This document shows positions 51,106-63,231 of a DNA stretch of 64,000 nt, piece after piece. Source of the DNA: Fonticula-like sp. SCN 57-25 (taxonomy: Eukaryota); the NCBI GenBank assembly GCA_001724245.1, contig MEDX01000009.1, positions 1-64,000 of the forward strand, given 5' to 3'. The translations under genes were made by a program, and so were the position numbers. Every line of letters begins with the position of its first letter. Within the stretch, counting starts at the first letter, position 1. The notes beneath the pieces were generated by a model, which saw only the letters and a list, made by a program, of their open reading frames with translations, was not told the origin of the DNA and did no database searches.

Positions 51106-53830
51106 TTACATGTCTCTTTCGTTGTGGCGGCGGCCAAACTCGGGGCGACGCGCGCCCGGCGCCTTCCAATCGCGGCGGGTCTCATTCAGGTCCTGCCCGA
51201 AGGGCGTGCGCGGCCGCTCCGAGCGTTCAAACGCGGGGCGATCATACCCGCCACGGCGCTCACCGTCAAAGCCGCCACGGCGCTCACCACGGCGGTCTCC
51301 GCCAAAGCCGCCACGACGCTCGCCATCGCCGCGGCGTTCACCGCCAAAGCCGCCACGACGCTCACCATCGCCACGGCGTTCACCACCAAAGCCGCCGCGC
51401 CTCTCACCATCGAAACCGCCGCGGCGCTCAGTATCAAATCCACCGCGACGCTCACCGCCTCGGCGCTCACCATCAAATGGGCGATCACCGCCACGACGCT
51501 CACCATCGAATCCTCCACGGCGCTCACCACCAAATCCGCCCCGGCGCTCTCCACCGAAGCCACCGCTGCGCTCACCATTGAAGCCACCACGGCGCTCTCC
51601 ATCGAATCCACCACGGCGCTCGCCATCAAAGCCGCCACGGCGTTCACCACCACGACGCTCGCCATCGAATCCGCGCTCGCCACCAAACCCGCCGCGCCTC
51701 TCGCCATCACCACGGCGCTCACCGCCACGGCGTTCACCGTCAAATCCGCCGCGATTCTCACCACCAAATCCACCGCGGCGCTCACCGCCAAAGCCGCCAC
51801 GGCGATCTCCGCCGCTGCGACGTTCGCGGTCACCGTCGTCCCTGCGCGGGCGGTCAAAGCGCGGGCGCTCATCGCCGTACCCGCGGCGCCCACCGCGGCT
51901 CGACCTCGCCGGCGCGCCAGAGTCAAAGCGCGCACGCGGCCTCTCCTTCTTCACCCTCTTTTCATCTTCGTCATCATCGTCGTCCTCGTCCTCGTCGGCC
52001 GCCGCGCGCCTCGGCCGCTGCCCGGCCGCGTACCGCTCCTCGATGCCAATCTCCATGTCGCGCTTGAGGCGCTCGACGGTGGGCCGCGTGGCCTCATCTG
52101 CAATCATGACGGCCGTGCCCGCCTCGTGCGCGCGCCTCGCGAGTCGCCCCGCAATGTGGACGTACGACGCCTGCGCGCCGTCGAGGCGGTCAATGACAAA
52201 GACGTGCGAGAGGCCCGTCGTGTCGATGCCGCGGATTGTGCTCTCCGACGACAGCCAGAGGCCCGGGCCGGGGAAGGCGTCCGAGCGAGCGGGGCTGCGG
52301 AAGGCCGACGTCAGGCGCGCCTTGAGGTCAATGCCGCGCGTGTCTGTCGGGCCAATCACGCGAGAAGTGACGGCAGAATCCTGGCTGGCGTCATTTGTGG
52401 CGTCATGGTCCCGGTCAATCTTGATATCATCCTGCTGCTGCTGCTGCTGCTGGGTAGGGTCCTGCTTGGCACCCGGCGCGCGCAGGAGAGAGTCGAGGAG
52501 GCGCACTTCGAGGCCGTGCGCGCGAAGGCGCTTGGCGGTCGACTGAAGGCCGGCCATGTCGTTGCGGAAGATGATGGCTGACGTCGGCTGCATCTCCTTG
52601 ACAACGTCCACGAGGGCGGCCGTCTTAGCCTCCTCGCCCTCGGCGTACACGCAGAGGTGCTTCACAGAGGGGGCGCTCGCAATGTTGCTCCCGAGAGTGA
52701 TGTGCTTGGTGACACCGCCGGCGGGAAGCCATCCAGCGCGCCTGCGACGAAAAGCAGGTCAGAAAAAGGAGACTAAGAACCAATAAGCGCACTTTAGCTC
52801 GCTGCGCGTCGGCGAGTTGAGCGTCGCTGAGCTTACCGCAACGAGGCAGTCCTTGCTAACGACGTCGCGCACCTGCTTGAGGAAAGCAGAGCCGGCGGGC
52901 GGGTGCTCGGTGCGGTTCTTGCGGGCGCGCAGCGTTGCATACCTACTATTCGGCTACGGAAAAGGCAAACACGGTGAGCGACAGGCACAGCACACGCACA
53001 AGCGCACCTTGAGCACGGCATCGCCCTCGTCCACAATAACAAGCTCGACCTGCGACAGGTCGATGCGCTTCGCCTGCAAGAGATCGGTCAGGCGCGTGGC
53101 CGTTCCGATCAGCGTGTGGGGTGCGTGCGCCTTTAGATCATTCTAGACAAGGATCAGCGGACGCAGCAAAGAGATCACGCAACGTACGTCCTGGTCAATA
53201 AGCTCGGCGGGCGAGCCGCGGTACGCCACCTGGACGTACGGCTTGAGGCGATCCAACAGGCCGGCGGGATCCGATCCCCCGAGGTTGTCCGCGTGGGCGT
53301 CGGCGAGCATGTGCGCCGTCCAGCTGTGAAGCTGCCACGAGAGCTCGCGCGTCGGGACGACAATGAGCGTCTTAATAGCGCCGCGGCCGCTGATGCCGCC
53401 GTTGGGCTGCTGCTGGGTCGCGAGAAGAAGGCGCTGCGCAGCGACGACCATCAGGCCGAGCGACTTGCCCGTACCAGTGTCAGCACGGAGAGCAACATTC
53501 TGGCCACTACAAGCATCATGGTCAATACAAAGAGAAAGGCTGCTAAATTAAATGAGCGCACGCAAGCAGGCGGGGGATGGTCTTGGCCTGCGCCGGCGTG
53601 GGGCTGATCACGCCGAGGCGACCAAGCGAGCTCACCAGCGACGGCATGACACCGAGCTGGCTAAACGAAGAGGGAACGGCATCGGAATCGGGGCTCTGCT
53701 GCGATTCCGTCTCAGTGCTCAGCTCGGCAAGGGCGGCGCGCGCGTCTGCGGCTGCCGACGCCCCGGCGGAGAGCGCGCGGCGCTGATGCATTAGCACGGC
53801 CGACCGCCATGCGCCCGTGAGACGCAGCAT
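51106..53830 (-). CDS. Probable mitochondrial DExD-box RNA helicase (DEGD) with long GGFxGERR tail
   Basis: Presequence MLRLTGAWRS, Q motif, ADTGTGKS, PTREL, DEGD, SAT, RGID, YVHIAGRLAR. Confidence 0.88.
51240..51830 (-). repeat. Coding tandem repeat of 15-24 nt units encoding GG(F)(D/G)GERR
   Basis: More than 20 imperfect units (e.g. CCGCCACGGCGCTCACC on +). Confidence 0.9.
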
Positions 53831-54004
53831 GGTGGTGATCACGTGTAGTATGCTGACGCACGATTTCGTGTGGAGTTGAAGAAGAGGAGAGTTGGTAGGG
53901 TATATACCAAGGCAGACTCAAAGTATATTAAAATGAAATGATGTACAAACACTTAACAAAAACATAACACTTAACTAGCGCGTCACTCGCAGACCTTTTC
54001 GCTC

Positions 54005-56368
54005 CTACAAAAAGTTTGTCAATCTTGGCGATTTTGTCGGGTCGAGGAACGGCCCCGGGGACACTGTCCTCCGAATAGACTCGAATGCCGGCGGCGCCGG
54101 CGACGCCGACTGCGACCTGTTTATACCCGAAATGCCCGGTAGCGGCGATGGTCCCGATGACCTTGGCGACGGCGATGGCCCCGCCGACCTTGGTGACGGC
54201 GACGGCGACATCGAGTGCGGGTGCCTCGTCGGCGTGATCTCAATGGCGCACGGCGGCGGCGGCTCTGCGACGCCAAAGCGCGCGGCCTCCTCATCGATCC
54301 TGACGAGCTCCGCCTCGAGCCCCTGGCCGACGGCGCGCTCGAGCGTGCTGTCGAGCGCGTGGTCGATCAGGGCGCGGTAGACAAACTCGAGGTCGATGAC
54401 GCTCTTGAGGGTGTCGGGGAGCGGCCCGACGTGCTCGGCAAGCGTGGCGGCGTCCTGGTGGAACATGCTCACGTATTTTGGCCCGAGAAGCTTCTTGTAG
54501 ACGCGCGTCACGTCGGTGCCCACGACAATGCGCATGTCATGGTAGAGGCGGTAGAGCGCGTCCTTGGTGGCGCGGTCGGGGTTGTCGCCGCGCAGGATGA
54601 GCAGCGAAGCAGAGTAGATGCACTCGCGGCCGAGCGTGTAAAGGGACTGCTCGAGAAAGTCGGGGTAGACGCTCACGATACTCGAGCGGACATCGGTGGC
54701 GGCGCGGGCGCGGAGCTCGGCGAGAAAAGTTGGGTTGCACGCGCCCTCAAGGGAGCCAACAACCTCAAGCACTTTGTGCATCTGGGCGAAAATGGGTAAG
54801 ATATGGAACAGAAAACACCACAAAATGGCCATAATTTGCGTACCGTATCGTGCCACTCGCTCAGTCTGCGCGACGGCCAATTCAGCAGCGCATCTCTAAA
54901 TGACACATCCTGCTCAATTCGAGCAAACTCGTGCGCGCGGTCCCTCTCAACGAGCAGCGCATCTTTAATGGCGTCGTGCACGATGGCAAAGAGCGCCACG
55001 TGGGACTCTACGAGCTGCGCGTACAAGATCGACGCCGACCTCGTGACGAACGGCGCAATGATGCTGTCAAGCAGCGGGCGCACCTGCGGCTCGATAAACA
55101 CTTCCCTAAAAAGGTTTTCAATTGACCCGACCGTGTTGATGAAAAGTTCCTTGTTGGTCATGATGACTTCCTCGAGCTCGTCGCGGTCGCGCTGGCACTT
55201 GTCGCTAATCTCGCTCCACATGTCGTGCGCGGAAAGAAGTGCAATTTGCTCAACGTACGCATCAACAACAAGCGCCTTTTCGTCGCTCAGCTCAACATGA
55301 AGCCGCGCAAGAACCGTCGTCCGCAGCCTGCCCAAAGGGAAATATGAGAACATAATTAACATAAAGGCACGGCATACCGCTCAACGACGACAAAGGCCAG
55401 TGCTTCGTGTTCCACAATGTCAGAGTCGACGACGCGCATGCCGTAGGCGGCGAGAAGCTCGCGGTACGCCTTGGCAAACTCGCTCGCCACAAGGGCATCC
55501 GCATTCTTGTAGCCTGTCAACATGATCAGCACGACCAAGAAACAGGGGGTAAAGCTCTCCACCACCAACCCAATCTTCCATAATTCCCCTAGCCACGCCT
55601 CTCAATGACGCGTACCATGCGCCTTGCCGCAAATCTCCTCAAAGGCCTCGAGCCACTGGTCGCGCTCCTCGGCCGTGTCGGCGGAAATGTACCACGTCCG
55701 CATCGTTGACGTGCTCGGGATCAGCGCAAAGCCCAGAGGGCGGTCCTTGATAGGCGAGTGGTCCACGCGGTAGCCTATTTAAACGCACGCAATTTAATTA
55801 AAAAGGCGGTTCGCAGCGGGCGGCGCGCACCCTTGAGCGACATGAAGCCCTTGGGATGCCGCGACGATGGGCGGTCATAGTACTCGACCATGTAATCGGC
55901 CCGCACGACGAGCCATCGCCGACGCCACTGCCGGAACGACCCGCTCTGCTTGGTGATCCAGCCAGACCGAATGATCTCGTGCGTGCTCCCGGAAGCAGGG
56001 CGATGGTCCAGCAGAAAGGTCGCATGGGTCGCACCCTGCGATGCCACGTTAACCGTCAGAAGAGCGGGAGGAGGGAGCGGGCAAGGGAAAAGATGCCGTA
56101 CTTTTAACTCTTCGTCAAGGTGAGCAATAACCGCGTTCCTGTAGTGAGGGACATAGAGCTGCGCGCAGGCATGGTCAGCATCACACGGCGAACCAAGGCC
56201 AGGGCCAACTGGTCGCACCTCCTTGAACTTGTTGAGTACTTCATGAGCGTCAGAGTGGATCTGCTGCGTGTCTTCCACGGTAAGCGGGTTGTCCATCATA
56301 GGCGACGCATAGTCCGCGAGCGTGTCCGACGACGCGCTCATGGAGAGCTGCCGCACGAGCCGCTTCAT
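54005..56368 (-). CDS. Niban/FAM129-like PH-domain protein
   Basis: N-terminal LTVEDTQQIH..VLNKFKELY..HY resembles the Niban N-helix, followed by a PH domain (GWITKQSG..WRRRW..EERDQW) and a helical C-terminal domain. Confidence 0.7.
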
Positions 56369-56510
56369 GGTGCGTAGGGGGCGCGCTCGGTCCGCTCAAT
56401 GCCGCCTTGCACCTTCTTGTTTGGTAAAGATGACGTGTAAAGCGCAGTCATCATTTCAACGGCTTTGAGGCAGCTTTGAGGCATCGAGGGATCGACCGAG
56501 TGACCGGACA

Positions 56511-57496
56511 ATGGCGCCTGCGGAGCGACTGGAGACGTGGGGCAACCCGACGACGATGAACATGAACCAAATTCTCTACCAGAACATCATGAACTCGTCG
56601 TATTTCAAGTCGCTTTAGTACGTACCGCGCGCATGCTCGACCGTGACATGACCGTTTGCTGACTGCGTTGTCAGCGCCCTCAAGACGGTCGACGAGGTTG
56701 TCAACGACATTGTAGACAATGTGACGCATTTGGGTACGGCTGCGACTATTTAAACACTTTCTTTGGCCACCAACGCGCGCGTCTGTTTCAGAGCCCTTTC
56801 TTGCACGCAGCTCGACGGTCTCGTCCGGCATGTGCCTCCTGTTCAAGCTGTGGACACTCAAGGTGACGGTGAATCAGATGACGCGCATGCTCGAGTTTGA
56901 GGGATCCCCCTTTGTCCGCCTCATGGGCTTTTTGTACCTTCGCTACACTTACCCGACCGACAAGCTGCTCGACTGGTTCGCCGATTTTATCGACGACAAC
57001 GAGGAGGTCAAGGTCGACGAGTCGCCTTCAGCCCGCCCCACGTACGCCGCTTTCGTGTGCCAGTTGGCTTGCTACTGACGCCGTGCTCACTTGCAGAACG
57101 GTCGGTGCCGTTGTGCGTCGGCTCCTGACCGAGAAAAAATACTTTACGACGATGCTGCCGACGATCCCCGTCAAGGCCGCCAAGGCCATCGAAGAGTTCC
57201 TCAAGGAGCACCCGCCGCAGGGCGCCGCCGAAAAGGCCGCCGTTTCGAAGGGCCAGGACCGCCGCCGGAGCCGAAGCCGCTCACGGGACCGCCGTCGTAG
57301 TCGCAGCCGCTCAAGAGACCGTCGTCGTAGCCGCAGTCGCTCGAGAGACCGTCGCCGCAGCCGCAGTCGGTCAAGGGACCGCCGCCGCAGTCGTTCAAGG
57401 GATCGCCGCCGCAGCCGAAGCCGCTCGAGGGACCGCCGGAGAAGCCGCTCGGGAGACCGGCGGCGCGACCGGTCCCGCAGCCGCGATCGCCGTTGA
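56511..57496 (+). CDS. PRPF38B: Splicing factor Prp38B with RS tail
   Basis: WGNPTTMNMN..LYQNI..S.YFK, VTHLEP, CLLFKLWTLK, SPFVRLMGFLYLRY, and C-terminal (RSRSRDRR)n. Confidence 0.95.
57257..57493 (+). repeat. Coding RS repeat (about 30-nt units, DRRRSRSRSR)
   Basis: Repeated GACCGCCGnCGnAGCCGnAGnCGnTCnnGn units. Confidence 0.9.
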
Positions 57497-57695
57497 GTGT
57501 TGCCCTTGTAGGCGTTGAGCATAACAATTGTTTAATAAATACTGCATAATATCCATGAAGGAATATTGTGATGTAAACTCATGACATCATCATAAAAAAG
57601 GAATCCACATGTGAGCCTGAATGTATTGCGAATATGAATAACTTTATTTACGAAACATCAACAACGTAATAATACAAATAATACACGTCGGCCCC

Positions 57696-59418
57696 TCACG
57701 CCTTTTTCGCCTCTGCCAACTTTGTCTTTAACCTCGCCGTCTCCATATCGAGATCGAGCAGCGACTGCCTCAAGCTCTCGACCACGTCCGCGCGTCCCTC
57801 CTTCTTGTGCTCTGCAATGTACCGCACGACCTGCGCGCGCTGCACCTTGACAACGTCCATCTGATCAAGGATGGCGTCCACTTCCTTATTGCTGCTCCCT
57901 TGGGCAGCGCGCGCGGGCAGCTCGGGCGGCGTGGCGTGCGTGTTGGCAATCCAACTGAACAGGTTGCTCCACCGGCGGGTGTCGCCCGACTCGGAAGAAG
58001 CCTGCATGACCGGCGACGCGGCGGAAGTGGCGGGAGATGAGGCGGACACGGCAGGGGACGGCGGCGCCTTGAGGTCCTCCTTGGTGAGGAGCGGGAGGGC
58101 AAGCATGTGCGTCTGAAGGTAGTCATTCGCGGCGGCATTCATCGTCCTAAAGTGGAAAATCAGTATCAGAAAGGTACAAAAAGTGCCACAAATACACAGG
58201 AAAAAGTCAAAAATACACAAAAGGCATAAAAAACCCCCTAAAAGAGTCAACGTACTGGTGCAGTCTTCTCTGTGTATGGTCGTCGTCCGCCAATGGTATC
58301 GCATCAATTCGCCGCGCAACGGCGTCGTACGCGTGATAAATATCCATTATCTCCTTGCGCATCCGCTGCCCCTCGGCAAACAGCCGCAGCCGCTCCTTCT
58401 CCCCTGTCGTCGACCTGCACAATGTCAGTCAAAAATCAAGGGCAGAGTCAGGGGCATACTCGAGGGCGCGCAGGTGCGCCTCGTATGGCCCGCAGCGCAG
58501 GGCGGCCTGGCGCTGGAGCTTTTTCATGGCCTCGTAGATGAGCACGATGGGCGGCCGCGGCGGGTCGGCGTTGCGCTCCTGCTTGTGGCGGAGAAGGCCC
58601 CAACAGGCGGCACAGGCGCGCACGTGGGGGATGGAAGGGGCGGGGCTCTCGGGAACAACTACAAAGGAGTTTAGATATCCGGAATTAATTGTCAACGATG
58701 AACATCAATGCAGGCAAGTATCATCATCATCAGCATCATCATCAAGACCAGCGCAACATCGACAAGTTAAGCGACTATAGCCAAAACAAAGGCGCACCTC
58801 GTAGAAGCGGGCGCTGGTCCAAAGCGATGAGAATGGTGCACTTTGGCTTATTGCAGGTGACCGCCCCGCAGAGGCGGCAGTTGTGCTTGCGGCCGATCCC
58901 GCACGGGTCGTCGCAGACGCTGCACTTGCTGCCGTCCTGCCACTTGACTACCGACTGCTCCTTCTCATCTACATCAAACGAATAAGCAAGCCAATGAAAA
59001 GGTAAAGGTAAAGGAAAGGAAAGAAAAGCGTACGTCGCTTGAGGGGGAGCGTGATCGTGCGGTCCTCCTGGATCTTTAGCAGCTAAGGATCGCAGGTTAG
59101 AAAAGGAATCAGCAGAAAGGAAAAAGCGCGCCTACCTTATCAATTCGCAATTCGAGTCGCGACACTTCCAGCTCGGCCCTCTCAAGCAGCGGCTTCCGCG
59201 CCCGCCGGAACGCCTTCCAATGGCTCCGGGTGATCCCCACTGTTCCCCGCAACCGTCGTCAGCACCAGACACACACACATGATCATCGCGTACGGTATGG
59301 ATCGGACTCGATCTCCTCCCTATGCAAAGACGGCACAAAATTAAGTTCAAAGGGCGCTACGCGAGTGGAAAGGGCAGGAGGGGGCGTACGGCGGCCGTCG
59401 CTCGTCCGGGCTCGCCAT
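57696..59418 (-). CDS. RBSN: Rabenosyn-5/Vac1(Pep7)-like FYVE protein
   Basis: GITRSHWKAFRRAR...RIDKL, EQSVVKWQD, RKHNCRLCG, RACAAC, and a C-terminal Rab-binding helix pair. Confidence 0.82.
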
Positions 59419-59495
59419 CGAAATCGCTGATGCCGTGTCGCTCGTCAGTCGAATCACGTGACAATTGCGTTTGCGTCAACAGGCGAGAGGTAAAC

Positions 59496-60461
59496 ATGGA
59501 GGGACGCCTGCGCGACAAGGTGATCATCGTGACTGCGTCGACGGACGGCATTGGTACGCGCTCTTACGGTACTATCATGTGTTTATTTATGCCCGTGAAT
59601 AGGCCGCGCGATTGTTGAGCGTCTCTGCCAGGAGGGCGCGCGTGTGGTTGTGAGCTCGCGCAAGGCCGCCAATGTGACTCGCACGGTGAGCGATCTACAG
59701 GCGAAGGGGTACCGCGTCATTGGCCTTCCCTGCCACGTAAGGTGCGCTTTTCCTCTTTTTTCTCTCTTTACTGGAATGCTGATCCCACCGCAGCAATGCC
59801 GAACAGCGCAAGGCGCTTGTCGAGATGACGGTTCGCGAGTGGGGCGGGATCGACGGTCTCGTGTCGAATGCGGCCGTGTCGACGAGCATGGGCGCGATGC
59901 TCGACTTTTCCGAAAAGGAGTGGGACAAGATCTTTGATGTCAATGTCCGCGCTGCCTTTCTGCTTGCCAAGGAGGCCGTCCCGCACATGCGCCCCGGATC
60001 GTCCATCGTCTTTGTGTCGTCGATCGCCGGCTTCAACCCGAGCCCCTTCCTCGGCATCTACTCTGTGCGCCCTTTTTGATGACCTTTGCGCTCTATTGGG
60101 CCTTGCTGACGCATGCGGGTGTGCACAGGTGAGCAAGACGGCGCTGCTCGGTCTGACGCACGCCCTCGCCATGGAGCTCGCGCCGCAGGGGATCCGCGTC
60201 AACTGCCTCGCGCCGGGGATCGTCAAGACGCGCTTCAGCGAGGGGCTCTGGAGCGACGAGCAGGGCGCATCGGAGCGCGTGCCGATGGGGCGGCTTGCTA
60301 CAAGCGACGAGATGGGCGGTGCGATGCCGATCTTTGGCAGTTTACAGTGAACTGATGTTGGCGCGCTGATAGGAACCGTGGCGTACCTGCTGTCGTCCGA
60401 CGCGTCGTATGTCACGGCAGAGACGATTGTCGTCGCCGGCGGCATGCCCTCGCGCCTCTAA
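59496..60461 (+). CDS. DHRS4: Probable peroxisomal short-chain reductase, DHRS4-like
   Basis: VTASTDGIG, VSSRKAANV, WDKIFDVNV, YSVSKTALLGL, NCLAPG, and C-terminal PTS1 SRL*. Confidence 0.92.
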
Positions 60462-60532
60462 GCGCCCGTTCAGTAAAGGCTTTTTTGTACAATAAACTGA
60501 TGCCGCGTCAAACCGCTATCACAGATTGACAT

Positions 60533-60552
60533 TTCCACGTGGCCACGTGGAA
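60533..60552. promoter_or_regulatory. Perfect 20-bp palindrome containing two E-boxes, upstream of MYG1
   Basis: TTCCACGTGGCCACGTGGAA. Confidence 0.65.
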
Positions 60553-60604
60553 GGGGATCGCAGGCAGGACGCTCCGCGCACTTTCGAGGCCGTTTTCTCA
60601 GAGG

Positions 60605-61907
60605 ATGGCGACAATCGTGACGCACGACGGCAGGTGCGTGTTGCCGTATTGGTACATGAACGCATGGCGCTGACGTCATGTTGATGCCGGTAGCTTCCAT
60701 GCCGATGAGGCGCTCGCGTGCTTCATGCTCGGTCGCACCGCCGCCTTCCGCGATGCCAGTGCGTTGGTGGCGATCGGCCGTCCCTTGTGCGCACGCGACT
60801 CACCCATTCAATTTGTATAGGCATTACGCGCACGCGCAACCCTGACGTGATCAATGCCGGCAGCATCGTCGTCGATGTCGGCGGCGAGTACGATGCCGCG
60901 CGGAACCGCTTTGATCACCACCAGCGCGGGTTTGCCGAGACCTTTTCGCCTGACTACAAGACCAAGCTGAGCAGCGCTGGTCTGATCTACAAGTGCGCCT
61001 CGATCTTTCGCGGCATCCCTGCTTGCTCACACGATCACCCATAGGCACTTTGGCCGCGAGGCCGTCGCTTCGGTCCTCGAGTGGCCCGTGACGGACGAGC
61101 GCATCGAGCGCGTGTACCAAAAGGTGTACCGCGATTTTATCGAGTCCATGGACGGCGTCGACAACGGCGTCAACGCCGTGGAAGGTGGCAAGCAAAACTA
61201 CGAGAGCAGGACGTCGCTGTCGCACCGCGTCGGCCGCCTCAACCCGTACTGGAACGAGACCGTCGACATCATGGTGCGTGGCCGGACGGCCTATTTTTCG
61301 CTTTCTTTCGGACTCACATATTTTGCGCGGTTGCATAGGAGCGCTTCCAGCGCGCGGTCGCGATCACGGGCGAAGAGTTTGTGTCGATCGTCCGCTCCGT
61401 CGGCCTCAGCTGGCTCCCGGCGCGCGCGATCGTCGAGCGCGCCATGGACGAGCGCGACGACACGCCGCCGTCGAGCGGCCGCATCATTGTCCTCCCGCAG
61501 TACTGCCCCTGGACGGTGCGCTACCACCTTTGTCACCGTGCGCGGCTAACCCCGCGAGCAGGAGCACCTCTTTGAGCTCGAGGCCGAGCGCAACCTGCCC
61601 GAGGACCGTCGCATTGTGTACGTCCTGTACGAGGACCAGAGCAAGTCGTGGCGTGTTCAGGCCGTGCCCGTCAAGGCGGGCGCCTTTGAGAACCGCAAGG
61701 CGCTCCCGGAGCCGTGGCGGGGGCTCCGCGACGACGAGCTCGCAAAGTGCTCGGGCATCGAGGGCACCGTCTTTACCCGTGCGCTTTTATATTTATTATT
61801 TGTGTGACGCTGACGAAAGGGGCGGCGCAGATGCGGCGGGCTTTATTGGCGGCAACAAGACGCGCGAGGGCGCCATGCTCATGGCCCAAAAGGCGCTCCT
61901 GTTTTGA
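60605..61907 (+). CDS. MYG1: MYG1 exonuclease (DHH family)
   Basis: THDGSFHADEALA, VVDVGG, FDHHQRGF, KLSSAGLIYKHFG, WRGLRD, GFIGGNKT. Confidence 0.97.
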
Positions 61908-62173
61908 GGTGGTGTTTGAAAGTGTGTGCTGGTTTCGCTTGTACTCTTATAGTGCCGGGAAAGAATACTCTTAATGTATGTAGCAATTCCACTCTTTTAG
62001 AACGTTCTTTGCAAAGGAAATGTGCCACTTTTCGTGCTCCTTGGCACGGGATCAGCTAAATTACCCGGGTTTGAAGCGTAAAGATCCGACGATTGATTTG
62101 CCGAGCTTTGACCACGTGGCCCGATTGTGTGTTTGTCGGTGTTTGTCAGACCGACCCAAAACGGCCGACCAGG

Positions 62174-63112
62174 ATGGAGGAGGGCGACGTCTGGATCTTT
62201 GGATGTGCGCAGCGGCGCGCGGTCAGTTGTGATTCTCGGCGCTCACATTGTGGTTTTAGACGGTTCCCTTGTATGGCGCGCGGGTTTCGACTTTGCCGAG
62301 AGGTACGCGGCGTCCCCGAATCGCGATTGCTGACACTGAACGACCGCAGCCATGTCGCCTACATTGAGGGATACCAGCGGCGCTTTTGGCAGGTACGTTC
62401 TTAATCCCTCATTGCGCTCTGTTCCTGACGACCGCGCACAGTCGAGCACGGACCACCGCGGCACGGAAGAGTACCCCGGCCGCGTGGCAACCCTTGTTCA
62501 GACCAAGTCGCCGTCGGTACGTTTGGCTCGCCTACTTTGCGGTTGCTGACAGCATCGCCGCAGGATCGCACGTGGGGCAGGGCGTACAAAGTGCTGGCGG
62601 AGAACTGGCCCGACGTCCGTAACTACCTGGACTACCGGGAAAAGGTGCGCTAGGCGGTCGCTCACGTCTAGCTTGGCCTTAACCGACATTTAGGGCGGCT
62701 ATTCGATTCACCGGGTGGCGGTCTTCCACTCGAACGAAAGCGAAATTGCCCAGGTGCGCTGCTCTGCTTCCCTTAGCAAATAATATCTTATTTTGGAACG
62801 TCGCGACTGACTGTGCTGCGCCAGGCGCTCGTCTACATGGGCACGTCGGACAACCCGCACTTTGTCGGCCCCGAGCCGCTCGACCAGCTCGCGCACCGCA
62901 TCTCTGTCAGCCGCGGTACGCCTTTTCTCCCTGTTTTGCTCTCTTCTCACGCGCACTGAGCAGGGCCGTCGGGTGTCAACTCCGAGTACCTTTTTGAGTT
63001 GTACGAGTGGATGCGGCAGCACGTCCCGCACGACAAGGACGACCACCTGGCTGAGCTATATGAGGCAGTGCGCGCTAAGCAACGCGTAGGCCACTCAGGG
63101 GAGCCCAATTAG
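62174..63112 (+). CDS. CHAC: Glutathione-specific gamma-glutamylcyclotransferase (ChaC family)
   Basis: WIFGYGSLVW, RRFWQSSTDHRGT..PGRVATL, YLDYREKGGY, GPSGVNSEYL. Confidence 0.96.
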
Positions 63113-63231
63113 TCAAGTTGTGCTTTTCTCAGGAACAATTTTGAGGCGTTTGTACTATAGGTAGGGAGCACGTTTACTGTGCCCGGAAATGGAAACTGTG
63201 TGCGATGCTAAAAAACGTCGATCCTCTGAGT

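Noticed and set aside
51240-51830. Repeat array as possible CRISPR or mobile element
   Set aside because: No unique spacers, in-frame coding repeats with synonymous variation, and a eukaryotic context.
51110-52581. Long + strand ORFs (478 and 485 aa, RRSP-rich)
   Set aside because: Antisense shadows of the helicase GGFxGERR repeat; GC-rich repeats lack stop codons in other frames.
56616-56618. In-frame TAG in PRP38B suggesting stop-codon reassignment (as in some aphelids)
   Set aside because: It is TA|GTACGT, a phase-2 intron donor giving TAC after splicing. TAA, TAG and TGA all terminate genes at expected C-termini (e.g. SRL-TAA).
58715-58745. TGATGA repeats (minus strand) in an RBSN intron as snoRNA C boxes
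   Set aside because: A simple (GAT)n microsatellite with no suitably placed D box or terminal stem.
12877-59418. Apparent clustering of endomembrane genes (ArfGAP, TGFBRAP1, VPS13, RBSN)
   Set aside because: They are interspersed with unrelated genes, as expected by chance in a gene-dense eukaryote.
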